This document shows, one piece after another, positions 11,345 through 20,533 of a stretch of 64,000 nucleotides of DNA. The notes under the pieces are model-generated. The model saw only the letters and a program-made list of their open reading frames with translations, was not told the DNA's origin and did no database searches. The position numbers and the translations under genes were made by a program. Origin of the DNA: Gammaproteobacteria bacterium (GTDB taxonomy: Bacteria > Pseudomonadota > Gammaproteobacteria > Arenicellales > JAJDZL01); NCBI GenBank assembly GCA_022823405.1, contig JAJDXD010000138.1:492-64491 (forward strand). The letters run 5' to 3'. Within the stretch, counting starts at the first letter, position 1, and every line of letters starts with the position of its first letter.

Positions 11345-12685
11345 TTAACCGCAATCTGATCCCATGCTCATGCCTGCACGCGGCGTGATTCCTTTTTCCG
11401 CTGCATAGGCCATTGAACTATCCATAATCATCGGGTCCACGATTGACTTGTCAGTTTCAATCCAGTCGGTTACTTCAACCCACTTGGAGCCATCCCAACG
11501 ACTGAATTTCACTGGACCACCGCCTTCGTGATCAGCACAGGTAACCGTGAGCGGGGCCATGAGACCATCCGCACCGAGTTCCTTGATACGCTCGGCAGAA
11601 ATGCTAAGATTTTCAAGCCCCCATCGCATCTCTTCACCAGAGAGAACTTTAGTGCCATACTTCTCTTGAGCGATGCGAATCGCTTCGGTTGTAACGATGC
11701 CGGCCACAACGCCGCGATTGTAGTAAATCGTTCCGACACGTTGCGGTGAAATGTTACCCTGACCCGCGCCATGAACGATATCAAGCATTTCCGCGATAAC
11801 CGGAAAATCAGAACCGGAAGGGTGGAATCCGGCGGCAACATAACCCACTGCGGCCTTACCGGCAGGGATAACATCCTCTTCGGCTCCACTCCACCAAACA
11901 CCAACAATTTTGTCAGCTGGGTAGCCGACTCGTGCAGCCTCTTTCAAAGCGGTTGGATTCATGACTCCCCAACCTCTCAGGATGACGTAGTCAGGCTTGT
12001 ATCGACGTGCAATATCAAGCCAAGCAGCTTTCTGGTCCAGCCCCGGATGGGCTACCGGATAGTGTTTCACTTCAAAGCCGTACTTTTCGGCCTGCACATT
12101 CAACACGGGAATAGTTTCCTTTCCGTAACTACTTTCGTGGTGGAGGTTGGCAATTTTCTTACCCTGCAGATTTCCCATGCCGCCTTCCTGCATACCGATG
12201 TATTTGATCTTTGCAGTATTCTGGCTCCAGTAATTGGTAATCAATGGAAAAATCCATGGAAATACCTTACCGTTGGTAGCATCTGTTCGGCCGTATCCCA
12301 TCGAGATAACCGGAATTTTGTCAGCAGTTGCACGTTCGATCAGACGATAGGTGATTCCAGTGCTGAGTGGATGCACCACTGTGGCACCGTGTTCACCTTG
12401 ATTTTTCAGACGTTCGTAGCACTCAACGCCGCGGTCTGAGTTATATGCGGTCTCACACTCTTCCCAAACCATCTTGACGCCGTTGATACCGCCATCACGC
12501 AGGTTAAGGAGTGCCAAGTAGTCTTCAAATCCGCCAAAAAAGCCGGAACCACCTGCCGCATACGGTCCAGTTCGGTAGACGAGCGCTGGAAAGAACTGTT
12601 CCATATCCTGCGCTTGTGAAACTGAAAATGGAACTACAGACATAACCATCGCGGTCAGCGACAGCACAATGGATTTAAGTTTCAT
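11345..12685 (-). CDS. Periplasmic substrate-binding protein, type I PBP (Leu/Ile/Val-binding family, extended)
   Basis: Signal peptide MKLKSIVLSLTAMVMSVVPFSVSQA. ATG 12685 is preceded by GGGAGG. It sits inside the liv-type operon, and the ligand cannot be inferred. Confidence 0.8.
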   Translation of the reverse strand: MKLKSIVLSLTAMVMSVVPFSVSQAQDMEQFFPALVYRTGPYAAGGSGFFGGFEDYLALLNLRDGGINGVKMVWEECETAYNSDRGVECYERLKNQGEHGATVVHPLSTGITYRLIERATADKIPVISMGYGRTDATNGKVFPWIFPLITNYWSQNTAKIKYIGMQEGGMGNLQGKKIANLHHESSYGKETIPVLNVQAEKYGFEVKHYPVAHPGLDQKAAWLDIARRYKPDYVILRGWGVMNPTALKEAARVGYPADKIVGVWWSGAEEDVIPAGKAAVGYVAAGFHPSGSDFPVIAEMLDIVHGAGQGNISPQRVGTIYYNRGVVAGIVTTEAIRIAQEKYGTKVLSGEEMRWGLENLSISAERIKELGADGLMAPLTVTCADHEGGGPVKFSRWDGSKWVEVTDWIETDKSIVDPMIMDSSMAYAAEKGITPRAGMSMGSDCG

Positions 12686-12794
12686 ATTATTTACCTCCCA
12701 CACTGTGGACTAACAAATTAAGGTTGAAACAAAATAAATATGTTAACACCGCAACTCTAAGAATATTGAACGAATTGGAATTTTGAACAATAAG

Positions 12795-13922
12795 CTAGTA
12801 CGGAAAAGGCCATTGACGGAGCTTTTCCTTGATAATCTGCCACATTCGTGCAAATCCAAGGGGTTCAACAGCCAGAAAGAATACGATCGTTCCACCATAG
12901 ACGATCAGCTCCAAGTTCGCCAGTGCAGCTCCCGAAAGAGTCCCCTCTCCCAGATTAGAAGCCACAATATTCAGAAACGGTGGTAACAGCACGATAAACG
13001 CCGCCCCCAGGAACGACCCCATAATCGAACCCAGCCCGCCAATAATAATCATGAACAGAATCGTAAATGAGCGGATGAGATCGAAGGCTTCAGTATCTGC
13101 ATTTCCCACATATGTGAACACATAGAGGGCACCGGCCACTCCGCAGTAAAACGAACTGATTGCGAAAGCGAGGAGTTTTGTCCTGAGTGGTCGTATACCA
13201 ATAATTTCAGCGGCAATATCAAAATCGCGGATTGCCATCCACGCCCTTCCTGTCATGCCGCGTACTAGGTTCTTGGCCAGCAGTGCCAGAACCACCACAA
13301 CAGAAAGTGTCAAAATGTACTTTGCTTCCGGAGTGGCATTTGGCCCGGAGACGATGACGTCAATCGGTGCCAGGAAATCCAATGGTCCACCTTCATGTGC
13401 CAGGGATCCAAATAGAGTCTGCGTTGGCGCCGACGCGACTCCCGCAGGGTCATAGTTCGTAAACCAGCCGACGTGATCGAAAATCCAAAGCAGAAAGAAC
13501 TGTGAAGCCAATGTTGCAACTGCCAGATAAAATCCCTTGATTCGAAGCGATGGAATTCCAAATATCACACCGACAGCCGCTGCCATCAATCCTGCCAGAA
13601 TAAAGTCAATGACTAGTGGAATTTCAGGCAGACGCAACACCAGGTTATAGCAGCCGAATGCACCGACAGCCATAAAACCACCGGTTCCCAATGACACTTG
13701 GCCGGCATAACCCGTCAACAGATTCAGCCCCAGTGCGGCTAATCCAAAAACCAATAACTGAGTCAAAATTGGTCCCATCAGATACTGACTACCAGACAAT
13801 GGCGGCCAGATATATGCGATCAATAGAATTAATATGACCCCGATTCTGTCATTCGTCAGCGGGAATATAGCTTGGTCAGCTGGATAACTGGACTTGTACT
13901 GTCCGACTTCCCTATAAAACAT
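12795..13922 (-). CDS. ABC transporter permease, LivM-like
   Basis: 375-aa polytopic membrane protein with the LivM-type pattern GQVSLGTGGFMAVGAF. Confidence 0.85.
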   Translation of the reverse strand: MFYREVGQYKSSYPADQAIFPLTNDRIGVILILLIAYIWPPLSGSQYLMGPILTQLLVFGLAALGLNLLTGYAGQVSLGTGGFMAVGAFGCYNLVLRLPEIPLVIDFILAGLMAAAVGVIFGIPSLRIKGFYLAVATLASQFFLLWIFDHVGWFTNYDPAGVASAPTQTLFGSLAHEGGPLDFLAPIDVIVSGPNATPEAKYILTLSVVVVLALLAKNLVRGMTGRAWMAIRDFDIAAEIIGIRPLRTKLLAFAISSFYCGVAGALYVFTYVGNADTEAFDLIRSFTILFMIIIGGLGSIMGSFLGAAFIVLLPPFLNIVASNLGEGTLSGAALANLELIVYGGTIVFFLAVEPLGFARMWQIIKEKLRQWPFPY

Positions 13923-13940
13923 TTGCTACTTCCCCGAACA

Positions 13941-15167
13941 CTACACTCGTTCAATGATTTTTTCGCCAAACATGCCCTGAGGACGGAACATCAAAAAGAA
14001 CATTCCCAGCATATAAGGCGTCCAGTTTTCTGTACCGCCACCGAAGTAAGGAAGTCCAACAAAAACTTCGAATAGTTTTTCGGTTGCACCGACGATCAAT
14101 CCTCCAATAATTGCACCGGGGATTGATGTAAACCCACCAATAATAATGACTGGCAATGCTTTGAATGCCAAAAGGGAGATACTGAACTGTACGCCGAGTT
14201 TTGAGCCCCACATCAATCCGGCAACCAATGCAACGATTCCCGCTGCAGCCCAGACGACAGCCCAAATATTTTTTAGCGGAATACCCACACTCAATGCGGC
14301 CTGGTGGTCGTCAGCAACCGCTCTAAGTGCCCGACCGACACGAGTCTTCTGGAAAAAGATTGCCAGTGCAGTAACCAGAACGGCGGCTATAAATCCTGCC
14401 CAAAGATCAAACTGGCTGAGATACAACCCTCCGATATTGAAAGGAACATCCGGAATCCCAATATCCAGCGCATGCACATCAGCATCCCACACGCCTTGAG
14501 CGACACCTTCGATGACATAGTTCAAGCCGATGGTTGCCATAAATAAAATAATCGGTTCCTGGTTTACCATTGGTCGAAGCACGATTCTCTCGATAGCAAT
14601 TGCCATACCGATGACAATAACGAGTGTCACTGCAAATGCCCGGTAGGTAACCGCTCCGTCACCAACCAGGGCAACCACAGCCAGACCCAGCAAAACGCCG
14701 ATTGCCCACTTGGGTGATTGAACCGCGGTAGTCAGCATCAGGAACAGAAGCATTGTGACAAACACAGCTCGCCACATATTCTGCCCGCCATCAACGAAGA
14801 ATGCCAGCACCAGCAGTAACACGGCGGTAACAAACAGCGGAACCCGTTTCAGATATTTGTCCGCAAACACCTTGACGGAGCCGGCGTGTCCCTTCTGCTG
14901 GGCCTGATACAGCAGGTACATGGCCGCTGATACAGCCGCCAGCCCAATTGCCAGCCAACCGGTCCACATCCAAAAATCCCCGGCGACTTCAGTCAAAAGA
15001 ACAAACGTCAGTGCACCGAATAGCACCAGTGCTCCCTGTGCAAAATTGAAGATTGAAGAAGCCTTGAAGATCAAGACCAGGCCGAGCGCTACCAGGGAGT
15101 ACATAATCCCGGACAGCAGTCCGCCAACCAAAACCTCAACAAAAAATAAAAAATCTGCAAAATTCAT
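13941..15167 (-). CDS. ABC transporter permease, LivH-like with extra membrane insertion
   Basis: FNFAQGALVLFGA...ERIVLRPM...ALPVIIIGG is the LivH pattern. I place the start at ATG 15167 (MNFADF), 20 nt after the LivG stop; the ORF track uses GTG 15197. Confidence 0.85.
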   Translation of the reverse strand: MNFADFLFFVEVLVGGLLSGIMYSLVALGLVLIFKASSIFNFAQGALVLFGALTFVLLTEVAGDFWMWTGWLAIGLAAVSAAMYLLYQAQQKGHAGSVKVFADKYLKRVPLFVTAVLLLVLAFFVDGGQNMWRAVFVTMLLFLMLTTAVQSPKWAIGVLLGLAVVALVGDGAVTYRAFAVTLVIVIGMAIAIERIVLRPMVNQEPIILFMATIGLNYVIEGVAQGVWDADVHALDIGIPDVPFNIGGLYLSQFDLWAGFIAAVLVTALAIFFQKTRVGRALRAVADDHQAALSVGIPLKNIWAVVWAAAGIVALVAGLMWGSKLGVQFSISLLAFKALPVIIIGGFTSIPGAIIGGLIVGATEKLFEVFVGLPYFGGGTENWTPYMLGMFFLMFRPQGMFGEKIIERV

Positions 15168-15186
15168 ACTGATCCACTCTAAGTTA

Positions 15187-15999
15187 TCAGTGTTCACCCA
15201 AATAGGCGCGAATCACATCATCATTCGTACGCACCTCATCCGGCGGGCCGTAAGCAATTCGTTCACCATGGTCGAGTACCACGACATGATCAGATATATC
15301 CATGACCACTCCCATATCGTGCTCAATGAGTACAACGGTCGTACCGAATTCGTCGTTGACATCCAGCACAAATCGAGCCATGTCTTCTTTTTCTTCGAGA
15401 TTCATTCCCGCCATTGGTTCATCGAGCAACAGAATTTTGGGCTCCATCGCAAGGGCCCGACCCAGTTCAACACGCTTCTGCAACCCGTAAGGCAATTTTC
15501 CAACCGGGGTCTTTCGAATGCTCTGGATTTCCAGAAAATCGATAATTCCTTCAACAAACTCCCGCTGCGCCACTTCCTGATCCCGGGCAGGATAGTACAG
15601 AGCTTCACTGAGAAAGTTGCTTTTTACCTTGACGATCCTTCCAGTCATGATGTTGTCTAGAGTGGACATCCCTTTGAACAGAGCAATATTCTGAAAAGTA
15701 CGAGCAAACCCCATTCTGGCAACCTGCTCTGGTGAAGCTGAAGTTCGATCCACTCCTTCAAACCTGATCGTTCCCTCACTGGCTTTGTAGAATCCACTGA
15801 TCACGTTAAGCATTGAAGTCTTTCCGGCACCGTTAGGGCCGATGATTGAGAATATTTCGCCTTCATACACCGAGAAACCGACATCCTGCAAAGCCTTGAC
15901 ACCTCCAAAGTTGACGAAAACGCCGTCAACTTCAAGAATGAATCCCTCAAATTCCCGAACGCGTTCGGTATCGTGTGCTTGCGATGCTTCAGTATCCAT
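15187..15999 (-). CDS. ABC transporter ATP-binding protein, LivG-like
   Basis: Walker A GPNGAGKTS, signature LPYGLQKRVEL and Walker B LLLDEP. Confidence 0.85.
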   Translation of the reverse strand: MDTEASQAHDTERVREFEGFILEVDGVFVNFGGVKALQDVGFSVYEGEIFSIIGPNGAGKTSMLNVISGFYKASEGTIRFEGVDRTSASPEQVARMGFARTFQNIALFKGMSTLDNIMTGRIVKVKSNFLSEALYYPARDQEVAQREFVEGIIDFLEIQSIRKTPVGKLPYGLQKRVELGRALAMEPKILLLDEPMAGMNLEEKEDMARFVLDVNDEFGTTVVLIEHDMGVVMDISDHVVVLDHGERIAYGPPDEVRTNDDVIRAYLGEH

Positions 16000-16008
16000 C
16001 GGATTGTA

Positions 16009-17958
16009 CTAACCAGTTTTTTTCATGTGATCGAAGACTTGGGCGTCCTGAATCTCAAGGTCAGCAATCATCATGCCCTTACGTCCATCTTCAAACGTCA
16101 CTTCGTTCTCAATATGCCCGTTACTGACGTCAGAATACAGTGCTTCAACCAAGCTCCCATACCGTTCCAAAACGATCCTGCGACGCACCTTTCTTGTGCG
16201 CGTCAACTCACCGTCATCGGCATCAAGTTCCTTGTGCAAAATCAAGAATCGCTTGATTTGTGAACCGGAAATTTCGCTGTCTTTCGAAAGATCCATATTA
16301 GTTTGCTCGATACAGTTTTTGATCATTTCGTAGACTTGCGGATTCGCCGCCAATTCCTGGTAACTGGCGTAGGCAACGTTTTTGCGTTCAGCCCAGTTGC
16401 TTACGGCATCCAAGTCAATATTGATGAATGCGCTAACATGATCCTCCCCGTCTCCGAATGTGACTGCCTCCCGAATCTGTGGAAAAAACTTGAGTTTGTT
16501 CTCAAGGAATTTTGGCGCAAAAAGCGTACCGTCATTCAACCGACCAACATCTTTGACTCGGTCGATGATTTTCAGGTGGCCCGCATCGTCAAAGTACCCC
16601 GCATCGCCTGTAAAAACCCAGCCATCGCCGGTACGCGTTTCCAGAGTCGCTTCGGGATTCTTGTAATAACTCTGAAAAACTCCGGGGCTTTTATATTGAA
16701 CCTCTCCAGTCTCCGAAATTCGAACATCAACACCTGGAAACGGAATGCCACAAGTATCAGGTTGGACATCATTATCTTTCTGAACAGTGATATACACCGA
16801 TGCTTCGGTCTGACCATAGAGTTGTTTGACGTTTATTCCAAGCGAACGGAAAAATTCAAAAATTTCCGGTCCGATCGCTTCACCTGCAGTGTACGCAATC
16901 CGTACCTTGCTGAAACCCATCGTATTTTTTAGTGGTCCATAAACCAGGATGTCCCCGATCAGATAGAGAAGCCGGTCAAGCAATCCAACAGACTCCTTTT
17001 GCAGAATCTGAATTCCGCAGCGTTTGGATACTCGGATGAAGTAGTCAAACATTTTTCGCTTGATCCAACTCGAATCTTCCATACGTACTAAAACGGTGGT
17101 CAAAATATTTTCAAATATTCTGGGAGGGCTGAAAAAATAGGTTGGACCAATTTCCTGCATATCGTGCATGACAGTCGCACCACTCTCCGGACAACTGACG
17201 CAGAATCCAGCAACATAAGACTGTGCATAGGAAAAAATGTGATCACCAACCCAAGCCATCGGCAGGTAGGCCATACACTCTTCTTTTTCTGTCAAATTGT
17301 CAAAGTCAATTGAATTGATGACTGTGATCAAGATGTTCTCATACGTCAGAATGACTCCCTTTGGATATCCGGTCGTACCTGATGTATATAAAATAACCGA
17401 AATGTCGCGTGTACTGCCTTTATTGACTTCCGCTTCAAGGTAGGCTGGGTTTTCACTTTCGAATTTTTGGCCTTCCTGAATCAGACTGTCATAACTTTCC
17501 AGATGGGCAATCGAATAATGTCGCATGCCACGCGGGTCGTCATAATAAATGTACTGAAGCTTGGGGCAACGATCTGATATCTCCAGCAACTTGTCAACCT
17601 GCTCCTGATCCTCAACCAGAGCAAATCGAATATCGGCGTGATTTATGACATATTCCATCTCCTGCGCAACCGAGTCCTGATACAACGGAACTGGAATTCC
17701 ACCGAGTGATTGCGCAGCAGCCATGCCCCAGTAAAGTCGCGGTCGATTGTCCCCGATAATGGCGAGTTTGTCTCCTCGTCGGAATCCTGAAGCCGCCAGT
17801 CCACAGGCTAAACTTTTGACCTCATCAACAACCTGAGACCAAGTCCATGTCTGCCAGATGCCAAAATCCTTTTCTCGAATTGCCGGACGGTCGGGTGTGG
17901 TCTGTTTCCGGTTAAACAGCAGTTTGGGAAATGTATCTAAATTGGGATCTAATTTCAT
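16009..17958 (-). CDS. Long-chain-type AMP-forming acyl-CoA synthetase (FadD-like)
   Basis: 649 aa with YTSGTTGYPKG, YGQTE and TGDAGYFDDAGHLKIIDRVKD. It is the first gene of the ABC cluster. Confidence 0.85.
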   Translation of the reverse strand: MKLDPNLDTFPKLLFNRKQTTPDRPAIREKDFGIWQTWTWSQVVDEVKSLACGLAASGFRRGDKLAIIGDNRPRLYWGMAAAQSLGGIPVPLYQDSVAQEMEYVINHADIRFALVEDQEQVDKLLEISDRCPKLQYIYYDDPRGMRHYSIAHLESYDSLIQEGQKFESENPAYLEAEVNKGSTRDISVILYTSGTTGYPKGVILTYENILITVINSIDFDNLTEKEECMAYLPMAWVGDHIFSYAQSYVAGFCVSCPESGATVMHDMQEIGPTYFFSPPRIFENILTTVLVRMEDSSWIKRKMFDYFIRVSKRCGIQILQKESVGLLDRLLYLIGDILVYGPLKNTMGFSKVRIAYTAGEAIGPEIFEFFRSLGINVKQLYGQTEASVYITVQKDNDVQPDTCGIPFPGVDVRISETGEVQYKSPGVFQSYYKNPEATLETRTGDGWVFTGDAGYFDDAGHLKIIDRVKDVGRLNDGTLFAPKFLENKLKFFPQIREAVTFGDGEDHVSAFINIDLDAVSNWAERKNVAYASYQELAANPQVYEMIKNCIEQTNMDLSKDSEISGSQIKRFLILHKELDADDGELTRTRKVRRRIVLERYGSLVEALYSDVSNGHIENEVTFEDGRKGMMIADLEIQDAQVFDHMKKTG

Positions 17959-18143
17959 TTTTGATCTGAATTGGTGGCAAAATTTCGATTCAAAGTGAGC
18001 CAGCAGGAATTCACAAAAGGTATTAGTTTATCCGAATTGACTGTTTTTTTGAACCAATTTATTTGTTTTTGTCGTTCTAACTCTGAAGCAGTTCAGCCGT
18101 CTCTTGGCTTTGAAGCGCGAAATGATTCACCAGATGCGATTCT

Positions 18144-18566
18144 CTAGCGCAGTACACGAATGATGCGCTGCGCAGCTGACCGAATCTCATCCGGGTTCCC
18201 AGGATTCAACTTCCAGTTGATCTTGAGATCATCGCCCAAAGTGCGCGGAATGATGTGCATGTGAAAATGCAGTTCTGATTGCGCGGCACCTTTGCCGTTT
18301 GCCTGCACAAGACTGACACCATCAGGAGCCAAAGCCTTACTTATGGCAGTTGCGACTCGCTTTGCTGTCGCCAACACGTGGGCAAGTTGGTCATCAGGTA
18401 CTTCATAAAGATTCTGCCAGTGATGTTTTGGAATGATCAAAGTATGTCCGTACGCAATAGGGTTTATGTCCATGAACGCAAGGGTATTGGAATTCTCATA
18501 AACTTGGATACTGCTGATCTCACCTGCAACAATCTTGCAGAATATACACTCTGAATCAAAACTCAT
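18144..18566 (-). CDS. HIT (histidine triad) family nucleotide hydrolase
   Basis: CIFCKI near the N-terminus and the histidine triad HFHMHIIP. Confidence 0.85.
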   Translation of the reverse strand: MSFDSECIFCKIVAGEISSIQVYENSNTLAFMDINPIAYGHTLIIPKHHWQNLYEVPDDQLAHVLATAKRVATAISKALAPDGVSLVQANGKGAAQSELHFHMHIIPRTLGDDLKINWKLNPGNPDEIRSAAQRIIRVLR

Positions 18567-18593
18567 GTTGAATCCTCCAAATTGAAACAGATT

Positions 18594-19655
18594 TTATAAC
18601 TGGGAAGTACGGTCAATAAGCATGGCATCCCCATAGCTGTAAAAACGAAATTGTTGTGCAACAGCATATCGATAGGCAGCCATCACCCGATTCAGTCCAC
18701 CAAAAGCACAGACCAACATCAACAGTGTTGATCGCGGCAGATGAAAATTGGTGATTAGCGCGTCGATCACCCTGAAATTAAATCCCGGTTTAATGAACAG
18801 GTCGGTTTCTCCCATATACGGGTGCAATGTACCTTTCTGCGCTGCTGTCTCAAGTACCCTGACTGTGGTCGTTCCAATCGCGATGACACGCCTTTGATGA
18901 GCTCTTGCTCGATCAACTGCGTCGCAGACTTCCTGCGAAACATGGCAGCGCTCGCTGTGCAGCCGGTGTCGGAACACATCTGCATCGCGCACTGGAGCGA
19001 ACGTTCCTGCACCGACATGCAAAGTTACATAGTGAATTTCTACCCCGGCAGTTTTGAGTTGTTGAATAAGAGTTTCGCTGAAATGAAGGCCTGCTGTCGG
19101 TGCTGCAACTGATCCATCATGTCGGGCATAAACTGTCTGATACCGATCCTGATCTCCGGATTCGGCAGGACGGTTGATGTATGGCGGAAGGGGTACTGAA
19201 CCATAGCGATTAATCATCGATTGAATGCTCACTCCCGGTTCAGCTTGTAAAACAAACAAATCTCGATTTCGGCCAATAATAGTCAGTTCAAATTTGTCAT
19301 CTACAAAAATAGAATCATCAATCCGTAACGGTCGGCGGGCTTTTAATTGAGCCTGCATTTGACTCTCATCTTCCACTCTTTCAACCAGAATTTCCACCCG
19401 ACCACCGGTTGACTTACGCGCCGCCATTCTGGCAGGAATGACTCTGCTGTCATTGCAGATTAAAAGATCGCCTGGCTTTAGAAGTTGACCGAGTTCAGAA
19501 AACCTTATCTCAGTCAAGTCTGCGTGATGGTTATCGACGACTAGAAGCCGACTTTGGCTGCGTTCGTCTGCAGGATACTGGGCAATCAGCCTGTCGGGCA
19601 GGTGAAAATCAAACTGTTTGAGTTGGAGACTGCTGTGCGACTGATTTCCCTGCAC
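18594..19655 (-). CDS. queA: S-adenosylmethionine:tRNA ribosyltransferase-isomerase
   Basis: FDFHLPDRLIAQYP...PLPPYI...FYSYGDAMLI is the QueA pattern. The start is uncertain. GTG 19655 lies just after the sseA stop, while the ORF track uses GTG 19703 and an ATG lies at 19694. Confidence 0.9.
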   Translation of the reverse strand: MQGNQSHSSLQLKQFDFHLPDRLIAQYPADERSQSRLLVVDNHHADLTEIRFSELGQLLKPGDLLICNDSRVIPARMAARKSTGGRVEILVERVEDESQMQAQLKARRPLRIDDSIFVDDKFELTIIGRNRDLFVLQAEPGVSIQSMINRYGSVPLPPYINRPAESGDQDRYQTVYARHDGSVAAPTAGLHFSETLIQQLKTAGVEIHYVTLHVGAGTFAPVRDADVFRHRLHSERCHVSQEVCDAVDRARAHQRRVIAIGTTTVRVLETAAQKGTLHPYMGETDLFIKPGFNFRVIDALITNFHLPRSTLLMLVCAFGGLNRVMAAYRYAVAQQFRFYSYGDAMLIDRTSQL

Positions 19656-19657
19656 AA

Positions 19658-20497
19658 TCAATTCGACATCGGGCTGTCCGGATGAAGCGCCCATTCCGTC
19701 CACGATCCATCATACATTAGAAGTCCATCCTGGCGAACTTGGAATATGGCCAATAGAATAATTGCCGCGGTTACTCCAGACCCACATGTGCTCACAATCT
19801 GCTGATCTTTGCTAACCGATAGAGAACTCAGCAACTCCGCTATCGCATCCGGACCTTTCATGGTGCCATCTTTATTGAGTACATCACCGTAGTACATATT
19901 GGCACTGCCCGGAATATGGCCACCTCGAAGTCCCGGACGCGGTTCCGGTTCAGTACCATTGAACCGTCCGAGCGATCGAGCATCAACCACGGCGACTGAG
20001 CTATCTGACATCGAATCCAATACCCCTTCGCGTGAAATGATCGCATCAACCAAAGTTTGACTTTGGTAGGTTGAATTTTCAATTTCGTGTGTGTCTTCGG
20101 CTAATCCACCTCCAGCACTTTTCCACGCTTGAAGACCACCATCCAAAACGTTAATGTTCTCATGTCCAAAAGCCCGAAACATCCACCATGCTCGGGCAGA
20201 AGCAACAAAATTTCCACGGTCATAGGCAATAACACGGTCTTGTGCAGATATTCCGAGAGCTCCAACCGCTTCTTCAAATATCTCCTGAGTCGGAAAAACG
20301 TGGGGCAGATTGATCGAAGTATCAGCAATTGTGTCTATATCGAAATAGACAGCACCGGGTATGTGCTCCAGTAGATACGTCTCATAGGCATTGTTAGGTA
20401 CATTTGGCATGTACCATGTCGCATCTATAAATCGAACATCGGAATCATTTTGCAGTGCGAGCGCATCAGCAGCAGAAATTAATGGATCTGAAAACAT
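19658..20497 (-). CDS. sseA: 3-mercaptopyruvate/thiosulfate sulfurtransferase (tandem rhodanese domains)
   Basis: 279 aa with two rhodanese modules, active-site loop CGSGVTA and RGGHIPG. Confidence 0.8.
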   Translation of the reverse strand: MFSDPLISAADALALQNDSDVRFIDATWYMPNVPNNAYETYLLEHIPGAVYFDIDTIADTSINLPHVFPTQEIFEEAVGALGISAQDRVIAYDRGNFVASARAWWMFRAFGHENINVLDGGLQAWKSAGGGLAEDTHEIENSTYQSQTLVDAIISREGVLDSMSDSSVAVVDARSLGRFNGTEPEPRPGLRGGHIPGSANMYYGDVLNKDGTMKGPDAIAELLSSLSVSKDQQIVSTCGSGVTAAIILLAIFQVRQDGLLMYDGSWTEWALHPDSPMSN

Positions 20498-20533
20498 AAA
20501 ACCTCTCGAATTGTCCCAGGTGATCGCAATATT

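Noticed and set aside
14920-15660. Long antisense ORFs opposite well-supported genes. Examples are 14920-15660, 11771-12439, 16303-16932, 26829-27374, 34696-35178 and 46890-47486, plus many shorter ones in the track.
   Set aside because: Each lies fully inside a gene whose opposite-strand product has clear family motifs (LivH/LivG, the binding protein, FadD, the amine oxidase, SMC, ApbC). Their translations are low-complexity or motif-free, so they are shadow ORFs.
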